A stretch of 64,000 bases of DNA from a virus. The notes under the pieces are model-generated. The model searched no databases. It was not told the DNA's origin and saw only the letters and a program-made list of their open reading frames with translations. Shown one piece after another: positions 57,015 through 64,000 of this stretch (the stretch's first letter is position 1; each line of letters starts with the position of its first letter). Location of the stretch: IMG/VR virus record IMGVR_UViG_3300017731_000001; one strand, 5' to 3'. The translations under genes were made by a program, and so were the position numbers.

Positions 57015-57322
57015 GTATTAAACTTGTAATATTAAAATCTGGTGAATCCGTAATCACTGATGCAAAAGAACTTATTGTTGAAGATAAGGTATGTGGATAT
57101 CTTTTTGGTAAACCTCATAAAATAGAATATCGCAAACCAATTCTTCTTTCTGAAGAAAAGCAGGTTTCTGATGGAGAGGTTCAAGTTGCATTATCTCCAT
57201 GGATTTTATTGACATCTGAGGATCAAATTCCGGTTCCAACTGATTGGTTAGTCACCATGGTTGACCCCATACAATCAATCAAAGAGATGTATGTAGATAG
57301 AGTAGGGGAAGAAGATGATTAA
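57011..57322 (+). CDS. Cyanophage Sm-like protein
   Basis: MSIKLVILKSGESVI-D, LSPWI-L and DWLVTMVDP motifs; AGGAGG SD. Confidence 0.75.
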   Translation: MSIKLVILKSGESVITDAKELIVEDKVCGYLFGKPHKIEYRKPILLSEEKQVSDGEVQVALSPWILLTSEDQIPVPTDWLVTMVDPIQSIKEMYVDRVGEEDD

Positions 57323-57560
57323 GTGTTTAGTTCTTCAAAATGGTCTAATTTTAATTGCAAAAATTGAAGAGATTGATGCAGAAATTGGAGATCCAAATTG
57401 TAAAATCTCTAATGTTGCTTTGGTTAATTCTGATGATACAGTAAGTTCTTGGTTGACCTGCACGGAACAAAAAGATTTGTTGTTTAGATCGGAAGATATC
57501 TTAACAATCGTTGAACCAAAAAGTTCTATTATCAAATTATACATGGAAATCTCTGAATGA
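57315..57560 (+). CDS. Second Sm-like paralogue
   Basis: IKCLVLQNG--LIA-IEE, GDPNCK and DILTIVEP motifs. Confidence 0.65.
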   Translation: MIKCLVLQNGLILIAKIEEIDAEIGDPNCKISNVALVNSDDTVSSWLTCTEQKDLLFRSEDILTIVEPKSSIIKLYMEISE

Positions 57561-58303
57561 GAGTCTTAAGCATTGATCTAGATTACATTATGGGTCCGGT
57601 TATTGAACTCTATAATAATCTGATGTTTAATGAAAATCCAACAATAAGATGGGAACAATTTTTTAACAAAACTGATTTTAATGAAAGTCATTTTCGTATT
57701 GATCAATCAAATCTATTGTTTTGTTATAATACTTTTTTAAAGGCACTTCGCAATTGCGATAGTGTCTCTTTTGGTTATGAGCATGATTCTATTCTATTCA
57801 GTATTGCCGAGCATGAAAATATTGATCTAATTAATATAGATCATCATGATGATGTTTTTGGTGGAGATTATACTAGGAAGCTGCCTGACGAATACGCATA
57901 TCAGGCAGAGTTTTATGAAATTATGGAACACAATAGAGTTCATGAAGGGAACTGGGGTGCCTGGTTGGGGGGGAAAGGAAAGTTAAATTCTTTTACCTGG
58001 ATTGGTAATAAAAATAGTGGGAATAAAGAACGTAATAAATTTAATGCTGAGGTAGTTCCTAATTATAGAAATGTAGAGAAAGAAGATTATAAGTTCGATA
58101 ATTATAATTTTGATCACATCTTCGTGTGCATGTCACCGCAATATATTCCTCCAAATCACTGGCACTACTTTGCCATGTTTATCAGTGCATTTGAGGAATT
58201 TGCCGGAAAGAATGCTATAATATACACAGAGAAGTTTGAGACCAACGTTCGTCACCAAAGGATTCATAAGGAGATTTTACACCAACGTTCAAATGGTCGG
58301 TGA
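57557..58303 (+). CDS. Ureohydrolase/arginase-deacetylase-like (UPF0489-like) metallo-hydrolase
   Basis: SIDLDY, EHDSI, NIDHHDD, EGNW and C-SPQYIP motifs. Confidence 0.6.
   Translation: MRVLSIDLDYIMGPVIELYNNLMFNENPTIRWEQFFNKTDFNESHFRIDQSNLLFCYNTFLKALRNCDSVSFGYEHDSILFSIAEHENIDLINIDHHDDVFGGDYTRKLPDEYAYQAEFYEIMEHNRVHEGNWGAWLGGKGKLNSFTWIGNKNSGNKERNKFNAEVVPNYRNVEKEDYKFDNYNFDHIFVCMSPQYIPPNHWHYFAMFISAFEEFAGKNAIIYTEKFETNVRHQRIHKEILHQRSNGR
58213..58221 (+). promoter_or_regulatory. Extended -10 promoter (TGCTATAAT) for gp43, inside the upstream ORF
   Basis: TGnTATAAT about 50 nt upstream of the conserved gp43 N-terminus. Confidence 0.55.
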
Positions 58304-60770
58304 CCACTTTCTGGTCCGTGGATATGAGAATGGAAGGCACTTTGCTACAAGGGAAAAGTTTTATCCCACACTTTTTGTACCCTCCAATAAAAAGACAAAG
58401 TATAAAACTCTTGAGGGAGACTATGTTGAATCAATAGAACCTGGCACCGTTCGTGATTGTAGGGAGTTTATCAAGAAATATGATGGTGTAGAAAACTTCA
58501 AAATCTATGGAAATGAAAGATACATCTATCAGTATCTCTCTGAGATGTATCCTGAGGAAGAGATTAAATTTGACACTAGTAAAGTTAAAATTTCTACAAT
58601 TGATATTGAGGTCAAATCTGAAAATGGATTCCCCGATGTAGAATCTGCAGCAGAAGAAATTTTGCTTATTACTGTGCAAGATTATACCACTAAACAGATT
58701 CGCACATGGGGTCAGGGACCTTTCAATAACAAACAAGAGAATGTTATCTATAAAGAATTCAGAACAGAATATGAGTTACTGAATGACTTTATAAACTGGT
58801 GGATGATTGAAACCAATACTCCCGAAGTTGTAACTGGATGGAATAGTGAACTCTATGATATGCCATATCTGGTTCGTCGTATTGATCGTATTCTTGGCGA
58901 AAAGTTAATGAAACGACTTTCACCTTGGGGGTTGGTGACTGAACGCGAGACTATTATTATGGGTCGCAAACATATTTCTTATGATGTTGGTGGTGTCACT
59001 CAACTTGATTATCTAAATCTGTATAAGAAGTTCACATACAAGGCACAAGAGTCTTATCGGTTGGACTATATTGCGAGTGTAGAACTCGGGCAGAAAAAAC
59101 TTGATCACTCTGAGTTTGATACTTTTAAAGATTTCTATACTAAAGGGTGGCAGAAGTTTGTAGAATACAATATCATTGACGTGGAACTTGTTGACCGAAT
59201 GGAAGACAAGATGAAATTGATTGAACTTGCAATCACCATGGCATATGATGCTAAGGTGAATTATAATGATGTATTCTATCAAGTTCGTATGTGGGACGCG
59301 ATCATTTACAATTATCTCAAAAAGAGAAACATTGTAATTCCACCCAAAGAACGTTCAGACAAGGATGCAAAGTATGCAGGTGCGTATGTTAAACAACCGG
59401 TTCCGGGAAAGTATGATTGGGTTGTGTCTTTTGACCTTAACTCTCTCTATCCTCACCTTATTATGCAGTACAACATCTCTCCAGAGACACTCCGAGAGAC
59501 CAGGCACCCATCAGTTACCGTTGATAAGATACTTAACGAAGAACTGACTTTTGAACTGTATAAGGACAGCGCAGTGTGTGCGAATGGTGCCATGTATCGT
59601 AAAGATGTTCGTGGGTTCCTGCCTGAATTGATGGAGAAGATTTATAAGGATCGCACCATCTATAAGAAGAAGATGCTTATTGCAAAACAGGATTATGAAA
59701 AAACTCCGACTAAGGCATTGGAAAAGGAGATTGCACGATGCAACAATATTCAGATGGCTCGCAAGATTCAACTCAACTCTGCATATGGTGCTATTGGTAA
59801 TCAATATTTCCGTTACTACAAACTGGCCAATGCGGAAGCGATTACGCTTTCTGGTCAAGTCTCTATCCGTTGGATTGAGAATAAGATGAACGGATTTCTA
59901 AATAAGATTTTAAAAACCGAAGAAGTCGATTATGTCATTGCATCTGACACTGACTCAATCTATCTTAATATGGGACCTCTTGTTGATAAATTTCTTAGTC
60001 ATAAGTCTGACGATAAAACAGCAGTTGTGGGGTTACTTGATAAGATCTGTGAAGACAAGTTGGAACCATTCATCGAACGATCTTATAAGGAACTTGCGGA
60101 TTACGTTGCGGCATATGATCAAAAAATGATTATGAAGCGTGAGAATATTGCAGAACGTGGTATTTGGACTGCGAAGAAACGCTATATTCTTAACGTATGG
60201 AACAGTGAGGGGGTTCAGTATTCTGAACCTAAACTTAAGATGATGGGTATTGAGGCAGTCAAATCATCCACTCCTGCACCCTGTAGAACGATGATTAAGG
60301 ATGGTCTTAAACTCATGATGAACGGCACAGAAGAAGAAGTAATTAACTTTATCGATAAGTGTCGTAATGACTTTAAGGCACTTCCTCCAGAACAAATTGC
60401 GTTTCCTCGTTCAGTATCGGATGTCATTAAATACAAATCTCATTCTAGTATCTACACAAAAGGAACCCCAATTCATTGTCGTGGCGCACTTCTATTCAAT
60501 CATTATGTCAAAGAGAAGAAACTGACAAATAAATATTCTCTTATTACTAATGGCGAAAAAATTAAATTTGTTTATTTGAAAAAACCAAATATTATTCATG
60601 AGAATGTCATCTCATTTATTCAAGACTTTCCTCATGAACTTGGTCTTGACAAATACATAGACTATGACTTACAATTTGAAAAGTCATTTGTCGAACCACT
60701 CAAAGCAATTCTTGATGCGATTGGATGGAATGTGGAGAAAACTGTAAACCTTGAACTATTTTTTGTATAA
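58236..60770 (+). CDS. gp43: B-family DNA polymerase gp43 (start codon uncertain)
   Basis: DIEV exonuclease motif, SFDLNSLYP, KIQLNSAYG and SDTDS; no intein or split. Confidence 0.97.
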   Translation: MRPTFVTKGFIRRFYTNVQMVGDHFLVRGYENGRHFATREKFYPTLFVPSNKKTKYKTLEGDYVESIEPGTVRDCREFIKKYDGVENFKIYGNERYIYQYLSEMYPEEEIKFDTSKVKISTIDIEVKSENGFPDVESAAEEILLITVQDYTTKQIRTWGQGPFNNKQENVIYKEFRTEYELLNDFINWWMIETNTPEVVTGWNSELYDMPYLVRRIDRILGEKLMKRLSPWGLVTERETIIMGRKHISYDVGGVTQLDYLNLYKKFTYKAQESYRLDYIASVELGQKKLDHSEFDTFKDFYTKGWQKFVEYNIIDVELVDRMEDKMKLIELAITMAYDAKVNYNDVFYQVRMWDAIIYNYLKKRNIVIPPKERSDKDAKYAGAYVKQPVPGKYDWVVSFDLNSLYPHLIMQYNISPETLRETRHPSVTVDKILNEELTFELYKDSAVCANGAMYRKDVRGFLPELMEKIYKDRTIYKKKMLIAKQDYEKTPTKALEKEIARCNNIQMARKIQLNSAYGAIGNQYFRYYKLANAEAITLSGQVSIRWIENKMNGFLNKILKTEEVDYVIASDTDSIYLNMGPLVDKFLSHKSDDKTAVVGLLDKICEDKLEPFIERSYKELADYVAAYDQKMIMKRENIAERGIWTAKKRYILNVWNSEGVQYSEPKLKMMGIEAVKSSTPAPCRTMIKDGLKLMMNGTEEEVINFIDKCRNDFKALPPEQIAFPRSVSDVIKYKSHSSIYTKGTPIHCRGALLFNHYVKEKKLTNKYSLITNGEKIKFVYLKKPNIIHENVISFIQDFPHELGLDKYIDYDLQFEKSFVEPLKAILDAIGWNVEKTVNLELFFV
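60646..60675 (+). promoter_or_regulatory. Possible sigma70 promoter for uvsX inside the 3' end of gp43
   Basis: TTGACA-18 nt-TACAAT. Confidence 0.45.
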
Positions 60771-61777
60771 TGGATTTTTTAAACGAAATTGTAAAAGAGA
60801 TTGGAGATGACTATACCAAACTGGCAAAAGACATCGACGACACAGAAACTTACGTGGACACAGGTTCGTACATCTTTAACGGACTCGTTTCAGGTAGTAT
60901 ATTTGGTGGCGTATCTGGGAATAAGATTACTGCCATTGCTGGTGAGTCTTCTACTGGCAAGACTTTCTTTTCTCTCGCTGTCGTCAAAAACTTTCTTGAT
61001 TCTAATCCTGACGGATATTGCCTTTATTTTGACACCGAGGCAGCAGTTAATAAATCTCTTCTCGAAAGCAGAGGAATTGATCTCTCACGTCTGGTCGTGG
61101 TTAATGTAGTAACTGTTGAGGAGTTCCGTAGCAAGGCACTCAAGGCAGTGGATATGTACTTAAAAAAATCTGAAGATGAACGCAAACCCTGTATGTTTGT
61201 GCTAGACTCTTTAGGAATGCTTTCCACAGAGAAGGAGATCACCGACGCACTTAACGAAAAGCAAGTTCGTGATATGACAAAATCACAACTGATTAAAGGT
61301 GCGTTTAGGATGTTGACACTTAAACTGGGGCAGGCTAAAATTCCTATGATCGTCACCAATCATACCTATGATGTTATCGGTTCTTATGTTCCTACTAAAG
61401 AGATGGGAGGTGGTAGTGGTCTTAAGTATGCTGCCAGTACCATTATTCATCTCAGCAAGAAGAAAGAAAAAGATGGAACAGAAGTCATTGGAAATCTTAT
61501 CAAGGCAAAGACTGCTAAGTCACGTTTAAGTAAGGAGAATCAAATTGTTACAGTGCGTCTTTATTACGATGAGCGTGGTCTTGATCGATATTATGGTCTT
61601 CTTGAGTTGGGTGAATTGGGAGGTCTCTGGAAAAATGTTGCAGGTCGCTATGAGATAGATGGTAAGAAAGTTTATGCCAAGGCAATTCTGAAAGACCCTG
61701 ATACGTATTTTACCGAAGAAGTAATGCAGCAACTTGATGCTGCCGCGAAGAAAATTTTCTCCTATGGAACGAATTGA
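60770..61777 (+). CDS. uvsX: RecA-like recombinase UvsX
   Basis: GESSTGKT, YFDTE, LDSLG and MGGGSGLKYAAS motifs. Confidence 0.95.
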   Translation: MDFLNEIVKEIGDDYTKLAKDIDDTETYVDTGSYIFNGLVSGSIFGGVSGNKITAIAGESSTGKTFFSLAVVKNFLDSNPDGYCLYFDTEAAVNKSLLESRGIDLSRLVVVNVVTVEEFRSKALKAVDMYLKKSEDERKPCMFVLDSLGMLSTEKEITDALNEKQVRDMTKSQLIKGAFRMLTLKLGQAKIPMIVTNHTYDVIGSYVPTKEMGGGSGLKYAASTIIHLSKKKEKDGTEVIGNLIKAKTAKSRLSKENQIVTVRLYYDERGLDRYYGLLELGELGGLWKNVAGRYEIDGKKVYAKAILKDPDTYFTEEVMQQLDAAAKKIFSYGTN

Positions 61778-63137
61778 GACTACAATTCTCAGAAACTTAA
61801 TATGCAACGAAAATTATTCTCGTAAAGTCATTCCATTTATAGAACCAACATATTTTGAGCAAAGAGGTGAAAAAGTAATCTTTGAGGAGATTACTCAATT
61901 CATTGTAAAGTATGGTTCTGCCATTACAACCGAAGCACTAAATATTGAGGTTGAAAATAGAACAGATCTAAACGAGAGTGAGATTAAAGAAACCAGAGAC
62001 ATCTGCAATTCGTTTACGGATCTTCCAGTAGATAATGAATGGTTAACGGATGCTACTGAAAAGTGGTGTCGTGACCGTGCGATTTATCTTGCACTGATGG
62101 AATCTATTCACATTGCAGATGGAAATGATGAGAAGAAGAGTAGGGATGCGATTCCCTCTATTCTTTCTGATGCCTTGGCAGTTTCTTTTGACAACAACAT
62201 TGGACACGACTACTTAGAAAATTATCAAGAAAGGTATGAGTACTATCATAGGAAGGAGGAGAAGGTTTCGTTTGATCTCGAATACCTTAACAAGATTACG
62301 AGCGGGGGCATATCTAATAAGACTCTTACTATCGCGCTTGCTGGTACTGGCGTCGGGAAGTCTTTATTCATGTGCCATGTTGCTAGCTCCGTGTTGCTCC
62401 AAGGGAAAAACGTTCTCTACATTACAATGGAGATGGCAGAAGAGAAAATTGCTGAACGAATTGACGCGAACTTATTAGATGTTGCCATTCAGAACATTGT
62501 AGATTTGCCTAAGTCAACGTTTGAGAATAAAGTAACTAAGTTGGCAGCAAAAACTCAGGGCACACTTATAATTAAAGAGTATCCAACTGCGAGCGCACAC
62601 AGTGGACATTTTAAAGCACTTCTTAGTGAGCTTGCACTTAAGAAGTCATTTAGACCTGATATTATTTTCATTGATTACCTTAATATATGTGCTTCCTCCC
62701 GTTATAAGTCGGGGATGTCTGTTAATTCATATAGCTATATTAAGTCTATTGCAGAGGAGCTTAGAGGGTTGGCTGGCGAAGCCGAGGTCCCTATCGTATC
62801 TGCCACCCAGACCACTCGTAGCGGTTATGGTAGCTCTGATGTTGACCTTACTGACACTTCTGAGTCCTTTGGTCTCCCTGCTACTGCTGATCTTATGTTT
62901 GCCCTTATTAGCACTGAGGAACTTGAACTGATGGGACAGATAATGGTGAAGCAATTGAAGAACAGATACAATGATACCGTAGTCAATAAGAGATTTGTGA
63001 TTGGAATTGATCGTGCCAAGATGCGTCTTTATGATTGTGAACAATCAGCACAAGATAATATACTTGACTCCGGACAGGAAGAAGAGTATAATAATGAGGA
63101 TAGACCCAAGAAATCATTTGAGGGATTTAAGTTTTGA
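61764..63137 (+). CDS. gp41: Replicative helicase gp41
   Basis: AGTGVGKS, YITMEMAE, IDYLNI, ATQTTR and KQLKNRY motifs; ATG 61764. Confidence 0.96.
   Translation: MERIETTILRNLICNENYSRKVIPFIEPTYFEQRGEKVIFEEITQFIVKYGSAITTEALNIEVENRTDLNESEIKETRDICNSFTDLPVDNEWLTDATEKWCRDRAIYLALMESIHIADGNDEKKSRDAIPSILSDALAVSFDNNIGHDYLENYQERYEYYHRKEEKVSFDLEYLNKITSGGISNKTLTIALAGTGVGKSLFMCHVASSVLLQGKNVLYITMEMAEEKIAERIDANLLDVAIQNIVDLPKSTFENKVTKLAAKTQGTLIIKEYPTASAHSGHFKALLSELALKKSFRPDIIFIDYLNICASSRYKSGMSVNSYSYIKSIAEELRGLAGEAEVPIVSATQTTRSGYGSSDVDLTDTSESFGLPATADLMFALISTEELELMGQIMVKQLKNRYNDTVVNKRFVIGIDRAKMRLYDCEQSAQDNILDSGQEEEYNNEDRPKKSFEGFKF
63064..63092 (+). promoter_or_regulatory. Sigma70-like promoter inside the 3' end of gp41
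   Basis: TTGACT-17 nt-TATAAT. Confidence 0.7.
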
Positions 63138-63427
63138 GAGGATACTATTCAGTCTTTGATCCTGATGGCAAGAAAATTGCTGATTGTGGTGCTATCAAAG
63201 ATGCCGTTAATCTTATTAGAACAAGAGGCGATGGGCATTACTATCAATTTAACCCAATCTATGAAACAGTTGACGTTCAACTGTTGGAAAGACCAGAACT
63301 TCCTACCAGAGATATTACTATTGATGTGAATAGTAATTCTTATGAAGTAGAAGAACCCGAATACATTGAAGTCCAAGGACAAAAATTACAAATACAACAA
63401 TCCGAACAACCCAAATTAGACTTATGA
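63134..63427 (+). CDS. Hypothetical protein (TTG start)
   Basis: TTGA and ATGA overlaps at the two ends. Confidence 0.6.
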   Translation: MRGYYSVFDPDGKKIADCGAIKDAVNLIRTRGDGHYYQFNPIYETVDVQLLERPELPTRDITIDVNSNSYEVEEPEYIEVQGQKLQIQQSEQPKLDL

Positions 63428-63831
63428 GTAATGTAAACACTGATGCATATCTTGAGTTTGTGAATGCCGTCACATCTCAACCCAGTCAAGATGCTGATGC
63501 CTTTGAGTATCGTATTCAAGAACTTCGTGGAGAAGGATTTGAAACACACAGACTTCTTACTGCTGCTGTAGGAATGTCTGCTGAGGCAGGTGAGTTTACT
63601 GAAGTTGTAAAGAAAATTATCTTTCAAGGTAAACCAGTAAACGAAGAGAACCTGTTTCATCTCAAACGAGAACTTGGAGACATTATGTGGTATGTTGCAC
63701 AAGCATGTATGGGACTTAATATTTCTCTTGATGAAGTCATTGAGATGAATGTAGATAAACTCAAAGCACGATACCCTGGTGGAGATTTTGATGTCCACTA
63801 TTCTGAAAATCGTAAAGAAGGAGATGTATAA
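63424..63831 (+). CDS. mazG: MazG-like nucleotide pyrophosphohydrolase
   Basis: EAGEF-EVVKK, RELGDIMWY and N-DKL-ARYP motifs. Confidence 0.92.
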   Translation: MSNVNTDAYLEFVNAVTSQPSQDADAFEYRIQELRGEGFETHRLLTAAVGMSAEAGEFTEVVKKIIFQGKPVNEENLFHLKRELGDIMWYVAQACMGLNISLDEVIEMNVDKLKARYPGGDFDVHYSENRKEGDV

Positions 63832-63950
63832 TGGATGGTGCAGTTCATGCATGGAATACCATGAGTTATGGAGAAGGACTTCTCTTTTCTCTATGGTTAT
63901 TGGGTATGTATTTTATTAAACTAAAAATGGATAAGAAGTTTGGACGATGA
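63831..63950 (+). CDS. 39 aa membrane micro-protein
   Basis: TAATG coupling and AGGAG SD; MDGAVHAWNTMSYGEGLLFSLWLLGMYFIK... Confidence 0.6.
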   Translation: MDGAVHAWNTMSYGEGLLFSLWLLGMYFIKLKMDKKFGR

Positions 63951-64000
63951 GTATTGAAGGTATTTTAAATGATTGCAAAAACAATTGAATCTATTGCAAA

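Noticed and set aside
25858-63137. Introns or inteins in gp17, gp20, gp43, gp41 and uvsW
   Set aside because: All are uninterrupted and of ordinary length.
446-63852. Numerous 60-190 aa minus-strand and out-of-frame ORFs in the track
   Set aside because: They overlap well-supported + strand genes and show no recognisable motifs or SD.
63947-64000. Start of a further ORF at the window end
   Set aside because: Too little sequence to choose a frame or assign a function.

Overview
This 64 kb window is a segment of a T4-like cyanobacterial myovirus (cyanomyovirus, Kyanoviridae-like), AT-rich and coded almost entirely on the + strand. Positions 1-37.4 kb are the late structural module: a 5'-truncated giant baseplate wedge (gp7-like), gp8, a 2510 aa VrlC-like virion protein, a repeat-rich fibre-like protein, gp13-gp23 and gp3. 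This module is punctuated by T4-type late promoters (TATAAATA/CTAAATA). Positions 37.4-64 kb are the recombination/replication module: uvsY, uvsW, gp55, gp47/46, a vWA-peptidase plus CobS/MoxR AAA pair, gp45, gp44/62, regA, hsp20, gp43, uvsX, gp41 and mazG. Accessory genes are interspersed: a DenV-like glycosylase, speD, dam, a GT8-like glycosyltransferase, purS, a glutaredoxin-like protein, four Sm-like proteins, a permuted ureohydrolase-like protein and many micro-ORFs. I saw no tRNA, rRNA, CRISPR, intron, intein or transposase. The most interesting signals are: (1) a G-[IVL]-G-[TS]/G-[IV]-[AST]-T motif recurring across unrelated virion proteins, next to a phage GT8-like enzyme (candidate virion-glycosylation system); (2) a ~60 nt late-promoter/terminator-bounded sRNA after hsp20, in a window with four Sm-like paralogues; (3) a fourU-like hairpin over the hsp20 SD; (4) a bidirectional promoter at gp55; (5) loss of the usual gp43 start codon; (6) a candidate capsid-targeted internal protein. 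All assignments come from motif recognition and T4-like synteny; no searches were run.
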